A stretch of DNA of 58,635 nucleotides, the filler included, from Sphacelaria rigidula (taxonomy: Eukaryota): the NCBI GenBank assembly GCA_964200075.2. It is 5 parts of 5 records of this genome, joined end to end, with 100 filler letters (N's around TTAATTAATTAA, not from the genome) between each part and the next. Parts side by side here need not be neighbours in the genome. Positions count along the whole stretch, not along the records: positions 35,245 to 46,891 come from CAXNAA020004668.1; positions 46,992 to 58,635 come from CAXNAA020004669.1; 3 more parts are not named here. The stretch is one strand, 5' to 3'. A program made the translations under genes and the position numbers. Positions within the stretch are counted from its first letter, which is position 1. Each line of letters starts with the position of its first letter. Below, in pieces: positions 37,213 through 49,462 of the stretch. The notes beneath the pieces are model-generated. The model was not told the DNA's origin. It searched no databases and saw nothing but the letters and a program-made list of their open reading frames with translations.

Positions 37213-37741
37213 CCGGTGCCTCACTGATGAACCTGTAGTAGGTAAGAAAATACTGTGGAAAATTCATTGTCTGGGTGGCCCAGTACTCCCTGCACGAGAG
37301 ATGGAATGGACAATGATCTAGGCAGGCAAGGGGCGAGGGGGCAAGACGGCCCCGCTCTGTTTAGTCACCTTCGATACCTCTACCTCGTGAACACGGCTGG
37401 ATTCGTAGGAGACCAATTCATGCGCCATAACCAATCAATCAACCGGTTACGAACTGATACGGCAGTAACAAGATTATTCAGGTGATCTCCGAGTGTTGTT
37501 TATCTGACTTTTCAACGGAATTCGTTCACAAGATTCGTATTGCTAATTGCCTGTATCTGCGCACTCAATCTTCTCCTGCGATGCCAATGGGGATTGAAGG
37601 CACGCTCCTTACATCACAGTAGCCGAACGGCCGGGCTCAGGACGGTCGCACACTGCAGGATTTCTGTAGATTGGAGTATCGCTGTCGTCTTTGTACAAGT
37701 ATTGGTATGACTGTGCGATGTAGTCTACACTAGACGATTGG

Positions 37742-38105
37742 ATTGTTGTGTTGTGTGCTGTCGTCCCATTTATTCTGGGCGCCAGTCTACACCTTTCGAT
37801 ATATGTGGGCGCATCAGCCGGGGTCACACAGGAGGAAGGTCAACACAGGTGCTCTTTCTTTTTCGTTTTTTGTTTTTAATACCCCACTTTCCTTCTGCTG
37901 TGCTTGCCTTTTTTTTTTAATCGCGAGAGGGATTCAGTAATCCCTTTCCCTCGTCGACCGTTAAGTCGAATTTTGTGTACCCACGACATAGTCGCTCTCC
38001 ACTGCTGGGCATGGTGTGAGAAAAGATCCCAGATCGCTCCGGGGAATCGAACCCCACTACTCAACCGTCAGAAGGTGACGAAGTTACCAACTGAGCCACC
38101 GGGGC
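37742..38105 (-). mobile_element. tRNA-derived SINE, same family
   Basis: Reverse copy with GCCCCGGTGGCTCAGTTGG head and GGTTCGATTCCCC B-box. Confidence 0.85.
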
Positions 38106-38332
38106 GACCGATGCTTAGGAGTACGGTACGATAATGTTGATGAATAGTTTACTACATTCGCACCCATATCCTTCAGGCAAATAATCGGCGCAACACCTTA
38201 CGGCGAGTCAGTTGTTCTATGCAACTGTACAATATTTCGCCGCTTGTCGACTACCCACCACTATCAAGGTTAGTTCACCACTTGGGAGTGAGAAATTAGT
38301 CAGAAATTTATAACTTTGAACAAACTATAATA

Positions 38333-38356
38333 CTAACCCTAACCCTAACCCTAACC
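38333..38356. repeat. interstitial telomere-type repeat (CTAACC)4
   Basis: Directly visible. Confidence 0.8.
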
Positions 38357-38795
38357 CCAACGACGGCACAACGAGAACACTCGAGCGAGGGGGTGGAGAG
38401 CAACACCTAGGCAAAGGGTGCGTTGCCAGACCTCGAATCGGCGCCCGAGGCGCCGATTCCGGCAAAAACGCCTTCTGCGCAAGCTAGGAGCACGCTTAGA
38501 GCATAACCCCATGAAAGATCCGGATTTTTCTGTCCACACTAAAATTAAGTCGAACTATCTGAGAAATTTCTCACCCTCCCAAGTGATGAAGTTTACTGCC
38601 ATATCTACTCCATGCCAGCCATACGGTGCAGAACAGTCACCCCAGCATGCAACATTTCGTACTGGCTGTGTTTATCAGGGCGAGATTTGCCAACCTCGAT
38701 TCACCTCTCAAGGAGAACGTCACGACAGCAGACGGCACCCGACGGTGTCAACCTGTGCCATGATCAGGTGATCGCCGTGAACTATAGTACATCAA

Positions 38796-39256
38796 CCCTC
38801 AACCCTTTTGGGACCGTTTCCCCCCACAATCGTGTGTTTGTGGCAGATGTCTATTTGTCTGGTTTTCAAGTCAGAATGATGCCAATTCACACTTTTTTGT
38901 GAATTCGCATCATTTTGACCTGAAGACAAAACTAGTGCACGCCTGCCACTAACACACGACTGTGAGGAAAAAGTGGGAAAAATTGCCACGAACATAGCAT
39001 TGTGGGGAGTCCGGTCCCAAAAGGGTTCAAGGGTCGGACGAATCAATGACTCGTCCGGAAAATACTACCCTTAGGTTTTGTTTTCAGCGTTGCAACCCAG
39101 GTACGCACAGCCCAGGCACGTGGAATGCTGCAAAAGTTGCGTGGAGACCTGTTTGACCAGCGGTCGACTTTCCCCCTCTCTTTCGAGGAATCAGGTCTAA
39201 GAAATCGTGGATCTGGTGGTTTCAACCGGCGATGACTCGTCCGAACCGTGAAAAGG
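38796..39256. mobile_element. nested piggyBac-like MITEs (inner 38803-39025); partial reverse copy of outer element at ~45715-45925
   Basis: Inner TIR CCCTTTTGGGACCG...CGGTCCCAAAAGGG with degenerate TTAA; outer TIR ...GGTCGGACGAATCA / TGACTCGTCCGAACC...AGG|TTAA. Confidence 0.6.
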
Positions 39257-39260
39257 TTAA

Positions 39261-39360
39261 CCCTTAGACCGCGAACGTAGGCCATATGGACCATGCATAT
39301 ACGTTTTTCGAGCGAAATTTATGCCGATTCAACAGATGAACTACTTTCGCTGTCCAAGGG
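39261..39360. mobile_element. 100-bp piggyBac-like MITE with TTAA TSD
   Basis: TTAA|CCCTTAGACCGCGAACGTAG...CTACTTTCGCTGTCCAAGGG|TTAA, 17/20 TIR match. Confidence 0.85.
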
Positions 39361-39770
39361 TTAAGGAAGCGATGTTCCCTAAACAGTGTCTGAAGTCGGC
39401 TAACACCATTGCGTGAGCACACCAAGAGAAGCGGTTCCACCACGAATGACCAACAAGCGGGACATTGAAGTTCTTGTGAGCGTACCCCAACATTGACGCA
39501 TTTGCGCGGACTCGAGTGGGTCAAAGTCTTCTCACCCGTACGCACTTCCAAAGTGAGTAATTATATATATATATCTACTACTGCGTTGCAAATAACGCAC
39601 AAAATGCCAGCTTTTCAACAGGTTTGATTTTCCTGAGAACGTTCTAGGCCTTAGAAGGGGTTCATCTTGGCGACGCAGAGAGGGGACCAGCACGTGTGCT
39701 ACTATGGCACAGTATACACTGTGGGTGGGCACCGTTCACTGTTTCCTCTCCTGTCGCGGTTACCTTGCAG

Positions 39771-39930
39771 CTATGAAGACGCGGTCGAAGATGCCGAATC
39801 TGCAGAGGGCAAATGGAAGGGCAACATGACAGCTGCGAAGTCCGCTGAAGCTGTCGAGTCTCGCGGTACAACGGCGACGAAACGGGAATACGAGCTGGCA
39901 CTGAACGCCTTTTACCGTCTCGCTCGTGAA
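39771..39930 (+). CDS. LRR-protein gene, exon (YEDAVEDAES...AFYRLARE)
   Basis: ttgcag acceptor, GTGAGT donor. Confidence 0.65.
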
Positions 39931-41069
39931 GTGAGTATAAATGCATCGTGTGCCGTAGAGCACGGCGCATACGCCCGCCGGGTGACTTATGATGAGCGTC
40001 GTTTAACAAAAAACTGTTGACCCGGAGGTGGCACAGTATGTTGTTGTTGTTGTTGTTGACGTTATCAACAAACACTATTGTTGTTATCATTGTCTTTTTG
40101 TTTACTGTTATTTATTGAATATTTTATCTATATATGCAATAACAATAAATTATGATTCTATCACTACTTTAGTATTATTGCGTGCGTGCGTGTGTGTGTG
40201 TGTGTGTGTGCGTGTGTGTGTGCGTGTGTGAAATACTGCGAACCCCGGTACAGTACGGAAAGTACTGCTATAATGCCAAAAACAGTAGAAAAGTCATCAC
40301 TTGGGGTGTTGTTCAGGGGGTGGTTTATCGCAAATGTGTGAAAAATACAGTATTCTTTCTGTGCACATCGTCGTGCGCGTTAAAGGGTAAGGTACGGCGG
40401 GCGACCCTTCACAAGAAAATAGTTCGGCTGATTTGAGAATTCCAACAGTCGCTCTAGTTGGATTCTGCCTTCGTTTAATGCACCGAATTTACACCTGGTA
40501 GTACCACCACATCCCGTCGGACAAATCCACATGATATCGGTACAATAGTCAGGGCAGACGTTATGTGTCTAGATCTGGACATTGCGGGGTTTTTTTTTTG
40601 TGTTTTTCCGTCACCCTACAACGTGGAAACCTGAGAACAGGTTTTGGCGAAACTACTCATAATTCAAGTCAATGTCGACGGGTTGCAGAATTATGCACTG
40701 ATCCAAACCTCGATACTGAAGTGCCAATCAAACGGGTAGGGAGAGACGGATCGGATCCTCGCGACTGCGGACTCGTGTCGAGAACGGGTAGGTAGGGTGT
40801 TAGCAGTACGACAAAAGCAAGCCCTCGTCTTTTTTTCTTGCTACTGAACAGCTTTCGGCGTCGTGGATTCTAGCCGCCACTGATTGTTAAGCGATTTTGT
40901 TTTTCTGAGAAACGATATAACTAGGCGTACTTCTGGTGGATTATGCGACCTCAACATTATGAAGATAGCTTACCCACCTTCGCCGAGAGTATTCCGCGCT
41001 TGAGGGATGTCTATGTATACGTATGTGTATAATCTCCCCTTGCGCTTATATTTGCGCTGTCGGATGCAG

Positions 41070-41291
41070 TTGGGCCTACCCTCGAGTTTGGAGCAAGAGC
41101 GAAGAAATCGAGAAATGAACGTGGCTTCTGGTGAGCTTCTCCCAGACGAAGGTCCGTTAGGGGAATCGGGAGGGGAAGATGAGGTACAGGCAGAAAAATA
41201 TAGGCGAGAGCAGCGCGTCGGGTCTGAGACAGCGGCGTTGAGGGAGCAAGGAAAACATTCCCCGGAGGCGTTGGCACTGACAGATCACGAG
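41070..41291 (+). CDS. LRR-protein gene, exon (LGLPSSLEQE...LTDHE)
   Basis: cag/GTGCGT, 222 nt phase 0/0. Confidence 0.7.
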
Positions 41292-41592
41292 GTGCGTCAG
41301 CCGCAAAAACAAATCTACAAACAAAAAATCTACGCGCGCAGATGAGGTACCTCCTCACACGCTGTAGGCTAAGCGACTTCTACGGTAGTACTTGGCTCCT
41401 AAGTGCTCTATCCCTCCCATCATGCCACGACGCAACGACGGGGACACGAGGTAAAAACGCATGCGTGGCGCTCGTAACCTTCTGTAGCGTCTGGACTATC
41501 TCCTTAGGGTCAGCGTTTATGTAAGATTCCCGCCTGTGCTGCCTTCGACTATCCTCATGTCATGCCGTCGCGGGAGTCTCGCACTACTGCCG

Positions 41593-41703
41593 AACCTCCA
41601 TCTGGGATATCGTATCTATCTGAAATATCGGCATCCCCGCCAGATGGACAACCCAGACGAATCTCATATCTGAGATGGATCTCTCATATCCCAGATGGAG
41701 GTT
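41593..41703. mobile_element. 111-bp MITE-like element, 18-bp TIR AACCTCCATCTGGGATAT
   Basis: Perfect inverted termini. Confidence 0.7.
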
Positions 41704-41798
41704 ACCCGAAAGGCCAATATCGCGGCCGTCACCCTATTTCCAACCCGAACACATTTTCACGTTCGCATTTGTTCTCCTCTTTCGTACTCGGCACCCAG

Positions 41799-41910
41799 CA
41801 CTTACACGACACCGATATGGAATTTCTGCTACTAGATGAGAACTCCAGCGCAACTGCTGGCGGTTCGGTCGGTGGGCGGCCGGTCGCCGGTATAGCGGGA
41901 AGCGCACCGG
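41799..41910 (+). CDS. LRR-protein gene, exon (HLHDTDMEFLLLDE...); frame stays open to an alternative donor at 42191
   Basis: cccag acceptor; GTAAGC donor gives the phase 1 needed by the next exon. Confidence 0.55.
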
Positions 41911-42701
41911 GTAAGCCATCGGTGACCTCCTTCTGCAGCGCGGATGCATGTAGCGTTCGGAAAAACATGACGCGGGCAGGACGCCTTCTGATCGGTGGGT
42001 CCAATGACACCCGAAACGCGTGCTCGATTACTGGCGGGGCCGGTGATGGAGCCCAAGAAGGAGGGCAGGTGTGGAACGGGGGAGACGTCGCCAGCGAGCA
42101 AAATGCGGGACTTAACTTGATCGCCGATATAAGCCCTGGTCATCGCGAGCGGGCTACACCAGATCAAGACAGCAAGCGCGCGGTGGAGGAGGTACGATAA
42201 TCGGCCACTAACGACGGGAAGAACTCAGTGAGTGGCAAAGGGTGCAGCTGATGCGGCACACAGAGATAGCGAGGAGGTGGTGGGGATAGGCTGAGGACTG
42301 GTCGTAAGCGTACGCACCACTTCTTTTTTTTGCGGGGTGGGCATAGCGAGGAGTCGGTATCAATAGTACACTATTATTCACGAGTGAGCACAACTCCGTT
42401 TGATTTCAAACTACACACGCGTCCTGATGGTCAGGTCGATTTGCATATCAGACGGGTCACCGGTGGAACCGTACTCGGCACAGTCGTTTAAAAGGGACAT
42501 AGATATGGGGCACCATCGCGGGCAGATGTGAAGACGGTGTACATTTTCAGCGGTGAAGAACCATACTCGGCACAGTCGTTCAAAAGGGATATGGATATGG
42601 GGCACTATCGCGGGCAGATGTGAAGACGGTGTAAATCTTGAGCGGTGAATAATTTGACTTTATTGTCGCAGCTGCACGTGACTATCTACTTGACCCTGTA
42701 G

Positions 42702-42868
42702 GACATCTCTTGCCCCTGTCGAAGGAATCTCTTCGAAAAGGTGACGACAATGCGGTGGGGGGTGCTCGCGATGCAGATCGGAACACGTCGACGCCTCCAA
42801 CCTCCTGTTCGACGGCTCCGGTGCCCGTCAATAACTTCGACAGCCGCGAGATTTTCGCCATTTACCAT
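42702..42868 (+). CDS. LRR-protein gene, exon (HLLPLSKESL...REIFAIYH)
   Basis: tgtag acceptor, GTACGT donor. Confidence 0.55.
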
Positions 42869-43154
42869 GTACGTGTGTGAAAGAAGAGGCCGGTCAACTT
42901 CTCGCAGAAGGAATTCGAATTACTGTACAGACGAAAGAGGAGGACCGAAAGTAGTGCGAGACGATTGTTGACGGCATCATTTTTTGCGGCCTTGGTTTCT
43001 CTTGATCCCCAGTACATGTGTTGGTGCTGTTATTGAGGTAACATACAGAACAGTTGAGTAGTGAGGACTCATGGGGTCATCCAGTGCGATTGAGAGCGGA
43101 GGTGGCCATGTTTTCCCGTATGTTTCCGGCGCCACTTCTTGTGTCGATTACCAG

Positions 43155-43309
43155 GAGCGAGATTTACGGCAGAGACCAACAACGTCTCGCAGCGAATATG
43201 TACGGGCCTGTGTCGAGCATTCTCTCTCTCCCATCCCGGTCTTCGATCACCTGCAGCCAATCCGAAGCCGCTTGGGTGGTTCAGACACCACCATTCCAGG
43301 AGAACGGCG
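43155..43309 (+). CDS. LRR-protein gene, exon (ERDLRQ...SEYVRACVEHSLSPIPVF...)
   Basis: ccag/GTGAGC; Y..AC....P.P motif of the kind that precedes the LRRs in LRRC74-like proteins (recalled). Confidence 0.6.
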
Positions 43310-43316
43310 GTGAGCG

Positions 43317-43582
43317 GACACTTTCTACGATAGCACCCCCCCCCCCCCCTCAGAAAAGTGCATGGTTTGGGGAAGCAAAAACTTCACGTGAATCGAAGTG
43401 GAGAAAGCCGAGCACAACGAGCAGCTGGGAATTCCCACGCTTGGGTTCGTTCTCGCCGATGTTACCAATATGGGGCGCTTCATGCCGCCTGAACCCAAAC
43501 ATCAGGCGCTGTATGGCCATTTTTTTCGTGAAACGTTTGGGCTGCTTTTTTTTTGGGGGGGGGGGCAATCGTAGAAAGTGTC
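43317..43582. mobile_element. 266-bp MITE, TIR GACACTTTCTACGAT(A/T)GC.CCCC, 4-bp TSD AGCG
   Basis: TIR and TSD visible; reverse copy at 51486-51710. Confidence 0.9.
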
Positions 43583-45276
43583 AGCGATTGGAAGCCAAGC
43601 ACTACGTGGAGCGCTAGAGCATTGCATATATATATATATATATATCAACGACACAGCAGCAGCGGGCAGCGCTCGTAGCACTTCCTCACTAAGGTCGCTC
43701 TTGCCAACTTTTTCGCTATATTCTTCTCTGAGGACGGCTAAACCTGGTGCTATTTTGTATTGATTTTTGTTATTGATTATCTCACATTAGCTGATCGCAA
43801 CAATCCGGCCCGTGGTCAGGAGCAGTATTAAAGAACATAATAAAAAAAGAAAAAGAGGAGAGAAACAGAAAGAGACAAAAGCAACAGCTACAGAAAAAGA
43901 AATCATAGTGTCTTGTCCCCGTGATAGCGGCGCACTCACTCTCCACGAATCTCTGAGTTTCGTTCTGATCCATGTACCACGCAAAATCAACAAAACTCCG
44001 AGTGTACTACTTACTGTATGTACATGTAATTTACGCACGTCATCGTTTTTTTCAGTGCTTTCGGGTCATTCGTTTAAATACGTTGAACGTTTCAGCAATC
44101 CTGTGGTTGCGTACCCTAGCGTTTGTCGGGCGGGAACATGGGGCTCCGGAAATGTCGAGGATAAGTGTTACCTCCACCGTCACGACCCCATCGGCTACAC
44201 TTAAATGACACCCGCTGCGACATGGGCGTCAGGAAAACACCAGAACGGCCGGAAGATCACGGAGAGGAAGGTGGCGACGCCGAACGCACACCCGTATTTG
44301 GACTGGATTTACGCAGGTGCGGCTGTCGTACCGTGCGGATAGTACGGCGAGAGACTACTGCAATGGACGGTAGAGAGCAGATGGCACCGCTTTACAGGCG
44401 TGGCGTGGCGTGCCGTGCATACGCGATACTCCCGCCTTCTTGTCCATACCTCCTCAAGCTGTTATCCCGCTCGCTATGTTTGTGTGTGTTTGTGTGTGTT
44501 CTTTTTTCGGTATGAAGCACTATCACCCCCTCCTCTCTTTCTTGAGGCTAGTCGATGTTCTCTGGGGACCAACGCATGTCTACCCCGGTACTTGACCTGC
44601 GTGGCAATTTGCCATTTAGGGTTGGATCGACACTACTGCAACTTGTCGACTGTGGCGGTGGGCGTTATCTATTTGCTCTTTACGTTTCGCTGGAGGACAT
44701 GCGTACAATCGCTACGTTTGTTATTGCACGATGAGATCGAGGAACAATTAATGTATGACTTTCGCCTGGGGCTACAAGAGAGCTAGCTACACAAAGGATA
44801 CAATAGGAAATATTTGATGACCGGTCGAAGAAATAAATGCTGAGTAGTTAGCTTGAGATACTGTACGAGTGAGGATTAAACGTTTTGTGGTATGCTTTAC
44901 ATACAGTGTATATATACTGTACACCTAACCGATTGCGAGCGTAGCAGCGTTCTGCAGAACGTTCCCTGTGCGTACATAATTGTAAGGGTAGACTACGCAA
45001 CAGCAAGCAATATGTATATATATATATATATATATCCAAATTCGCCTGACCGTATCACGGCGTGCAAGATGACGTTCACTTTTTACGTCGTGGCTTCGTA
45101 AACCTTGGTGAAGAATATCATCGGGACTGAGCTTGAGCGGCTCTTGAAATAGAAAACGCACTCGAAACATTCAAAACATGTTGTAAAATGGACTTTTTCC
45201 TCGGGTCGTTATCGGACGAGCCAGGGATATCTTATGAGGCTGAAAAAAATCCTCCCATCCTTCGCAAAAACATCAG

Positions 45277-45491
45277 CTATGGGCTAGGGCCGAAGCGCTC
45301 CCTGGCGTTGGCGGCGTTCCTGAGAACGTTCTGCTCGGTGGAACTCCGATCCTTCGACATAGAGGGTTGTGACGTTCCGGAGTCAGCGATGGTCGCTGTG
45401 CTGCGAGCGTTGAGAGGTGGAAAGGGCCTCGAATACGTGAATATTTCTGCAAACACGATTAAAAGGGAGGATACGGCGCACTGTGTGTCTG
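45277..45491 (+). CDS. RI-like leucine-rich-repeat exon (YGLGPKRSLALAAFL...LEYVNISANTI...)
   Basis: LxxLxIxxN/C LRR pattern; cag/GTGAGT. Confidence 0.85.
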
Positions 45492-46562
45492 GTGAGTTTC
45501 TCGTCGGAGGATGTATCGTATCGTGAATTGGGGATGCGGTACAGCGGTTAGCGTATGGAGATGAACGTTTCAGGAAAACGCAATTGATGCCAGCGACTTT
45601 ACTGCAGGAGAAGTTGCAGTTCGGCGTGCTCGAGCGAGATGACCTGGTTGTTTTACCTATTTCGGCACGGTAGAGTTAGAGTTGCAGGCACTTCCGGTGG
45701 CAGGAATCAACAATTACACGATTTGGACGAATCACCGCCGGTTCGAATGATCAAATCCACGATTTTTCAGGCCTGATTTCTCGAAAGAGAGAAAAAAGTC
45801 GACCGATGGTCAAAAAGCTTCCCAACAACTTTCGCGCCATCCCGCGTGCCTGGGCTGCGCGTACCTGGGTTGCAACGCTGAAAACAAAACCCAAGGATTG
45901 ATTCGTACGGTACGAATCAATCACACTAAAATCAAGTAATTCCCCGAGGAATCATTTATTCACCCAACCCGTGAACAATTACCCCTGTGCAAAAAGTAGC
46001 GGGAAATCAGGAGAAGGACGACAAATGATTTTTCACTGTTTTTCACGTCAACTCCCTGGTTGTGGCAGTACAGCTTATCATCCTCGAATGAATGTGTGTG
46101 CTTTTTGCGGAGGACAGAGGCAACCCGCCTCAAAATTATTACGGCACTGGGGGCTTTTGGTTTGTGCTCCCTATGAAATATTACAACGCCAAAGCCGCCC
46201 TGTGTCCGAGTGTGCGGTATCCGTCAGGCAGCGCGATCAGAAGTGGACGTTGTGGTGTCTTCATGTGCATACGTAGCATGGTGATTCGAGAGGATACATG
46301 GAAGATCCGATTTCATCGAACCGTAGCGTGAATACCTCAACGACAGTGCATGACTCCTACTGTTGTTGTTAGCGACAACATACTCTTACAAGATGGCACC
46401 GAGTCAAAAACAAATTCCACGTTGCTCGTCAGGAACACATGGCTAATGCTCACCGCTACCGACGTATATATGCAACTTTTTCACGACGGATGCACTTGTT
46501 TTTTTTTCCTCCCTCACGTCGACCTTTGCCTTCACCACCCCGCCCGCTCTTGTCTGTCGTAG

Positions 46563-46715
46563 CTCTGCTCGATTACCCCACTTTCCTCGACACGCTGAAG
46601 CTACGGGGGTGCGCCCTGTCCCTGGTGGCGACAAAAACCATCATGTATCATTTGCAGGACAGCTCCGCACGGCTCAGAACGCTTTGTCTCGCAAGGAACG
46701 GCCTTGGCGGAGCAG
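46563..46715 (+). CDS. RI-like LRR exon (LDTLKLRGCAL...LRTLCLARNGLG)
   Basis: Two LRR consensus matches; tag/GTAAAT; phase matches previous exon. Confidence 0.88.
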
Positions 46716-46891
46716 GTAAATCCAAAACGTTGGGGTTGTGTTTCACTTCACGAGACAGCCAAGCCTGTGTGACGTCGCTCGCAGATGCTTCGGCTCGTCA
46801 TTGTTACGCGCGTCGAGTCGCAGATCAAAATTCTGTGTGACGTGGCCGCGCTTTAGAGTTCTTGGGGGGAGAGGGAGGGGGAGGGGGAGGG

Positions 46892-46991
46892 NNNNNNNNN
46901 NNNNNNNNNNNNNNNNNNNNNNNNNNNNNNNNNNNTTAATTAATTAANNNNNNNNNNNNNNNNNNNNNNNNNNNNNNNNNNNNNNNNNNNN
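46892..46991. other. artificial contig linker
   Basis: N44-TTAATTAATTAA-N44. Confidence 0.97.
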
Positions 46992-47097
46992 GTACCGGGG
47001 GAGAGATAGGTTGATTCCTTGAGACCCCGGACTCATCCCGAGGAAAGGGAGGGGTTCAAAGTGTGCGTGAAAATGAAAAAAAGAGAAAAGAAAACAA

Positions 47098-47350
47098 ACC
47101 ATGCCCGACAGTGGAGAGCGACTATGTCGTGGGTACACAAAATTCGACTTCACGGTCGACGAGGGAAAGTGGGAGCTGAACCCTCTCTATATAAAAAAGT
47201 AAGGCAAGCACCGCAGAACGAAGATGGAGAACCAAAACAAACAGAAGAGAAAAAACTCCTGTGTTGGCCTGCTTCCTGTGTGACCCCGGCTAGTGCGCCC
47301 ACATATACCGAACGGTGTAGACTGGCGTCCAGAATAGATGGGATGACAAA

Positions 47351-47394
<44 letters not shown>
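47098..47394 (+). mobile_element. headless copy of the tRNA-SINE with (CA)n tail
   Basis: TGGAGAGCGACTATGTCGTGGGTACACAAAATTCGAC... shared with 36453-36819. Confidence 0.8.
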
Positions 47395-47397
<3 letters not shown>

Positions 47398-49198
47398 CAA
47401 CCTACCCACAATTTGTTGACAGTATTTGAGGCCGTACCCAATCTGCCCAAAATGCAGGTATTGCTGAGAGTGCTCACGCAATATTTGGGTCGAGTGTTTA
47501 AGGTCATCCCCAATCTATCCAAACTTTCGAGAGAGATTTTGACGCCGTGCTCGATCTACCCAAAATTTCGGCAGAGTATTTGCGGCCGTACCGTACGCAC
47601 CCAAACCTTGGGTAGAGTACATGCCCGAGCATTTTTCCCGAGCGCTCAGAAGTACGTATCCACCCCGACCTGCCCTTGAAGCACTTGAGAAAAGGTTGAG
47701 CCCCGGAATGTCCGTGGTGTGGAAGTATATGTGGCGTCTGAATAGGGAGGGCGTCACCTCAAAGCACGACTGCTTCAGGTCAAGGATGTGAGTTAACATC
47801 AAGTGTATTCCGAGAAACGAAGAAAACTTGACAATCTAGAGCAATATGTCCTTGTACACCCCGAACACTTTTCGGAGGCTAACACCCCCCCCCCCGCCCC
47901 CCGTTCAGAACCCCTATCAGTCAGGTTAGCCGTGGGGCGCGAAGCTCTTCTTGTTTGCTTATACTTTTGCACTTAATAATTATGTTTAATATGGGGGTCG
48001 TTTTTTGTTTTTCGCAATGGTGTTTCATACCACCACGCGTGCTAGACGCGTGGCGTTGGCACCTGCGGCGCTGCTGCAACCTGCGGCAGCCGTGGCTTAC
48101 CACTAGTCATTATTATTAGTAGTAGTATCAGTATTATTAGTAATATTAGTATTAGTTAGTAGTAGTATCATTATTACTATTACTATCATTATTATCCTTA
48201 TCATTACTTCTATTGTTGTTTTTGTTCTAATTGTTGTTGTTGTTGTTATCCTATTTATTATTAGCGTAATGCCACCCCGCTCCTATGCTGCAATCAAGTC
48301 GGGTGGTGTCCGGATTTTCCATACTCTATCCAAGTCACAAATGATCCTTATCGAAACACTATTTTATACACGTTTTGTCTACGGAATTGGACTGCACCCT
48401 TTGTCCGCAAACTGCCCGTTTTTTTGTTTTGTTTTGTTCTGCTTTTGCAAGTGAAAGTGATGGCGATTCATCAGATGATGAGACCCTTTGATGGGAAACT
48501 GTCCGGTTTTTTCGCATTTGTTTTGTTATACTTTTGCAAGTTTTCCCTCACATGTCCAAGAGTTTAGTCGTACTGTACACTTTAGGGAAAGTCGCTCTCC
48601 AATTGTACTATCTTGAACCCAGCCTTTCCTGGCAAGATCCATGTATCAGCACAGCGCGTTGAGGGTGCCTCCAGTTCGGAAAACACCGTGCAGACGCCAC
48701 CGTATTATAGTTTATATCATTGCTTAAGTGTACCTCTACAGTTGCGCTGGTAACCGATCAGCTGCTTGCTCAAAAAGACGACACCCACATTTACATGCAT
48801 TTTTGCACCAAATTAGCAGACCATCACCATGCAACCTATTCTTCTCGTACGTGTCCAAGAGTTCACTCGCACGGTTCACTCTCGGGGAAGTAGCTCTGTG
48901 AATGTACTGAAATGAACCCAGGTTTTCCTAGCAAGGTCCATGTATCAGCGCAGCGCTTTGAGGGTGCCTCCAGTTCAAAACACTCACCGTACAGGCAGCA
49001 CAGTATTACAGCGTATATTATCGGTTGAGTAGCTTCACAGTTTGCAGTTGGACCCCACTACAACAAAAGCGCAGAAATACAAACTCTTTTTTTCCTTGCT
49101 ATAGAAAGATTCAAAGCTGCAGTTTCACCCACAGGTTCTATCCGCATACAGGCTGGTTCAGATTGAACGCACAAAATTTTGACCCCGGGAATTCGTCG

Positions 49199-49462
49199 CG
49201 CCGTTTTTCGAGTTAGACCACGAAATTTTGCACACATATTCTGGAAGGCAGTATCTAAAATTCGAAGAGAGTTATTTTCTTTATATTTTTGTGTCGAGAT
49301 AGCCGGGATCTGACTCCCCCCCTCGATCTAGTACTCCAGCCGGGACCCCGAATAACCGGCCACCAAGACAAAAAAAAACGAAAAACTCGTCTCTTCGAGT
49401 TTTAGATACTGACGTCCAGAACATGTGTGCAAAATTTCATGGTCTAACTCGAAGAAACGGCG
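49199..49462. mobile_element. foldback/MITE-like element with ~75-bp inverted arms
   Basis: CGCCGTTTTTCGAGTTAGACCACGAAATTTTGCACACA... has its reverse complement at ~49388-49462. Confidence 0.7.

Noticed and set aside
37222-37260. Hammerhead ribozyme (CTGATGA...GAAA)
   Set aside because: Extra AA between the putative stem II and GAAA; no convincing stems I/III or cleavage triplet found.
38333-38356. True chromosome end
   Set aside because: Only four units, internal to a contig.
44318-44396. Additional LRR-gene exon bridging 43309 and 45277
   Set aside because: Phase would fit, but it needs a weak GC donor and the peptide has no recognisable motif; left unsupported.
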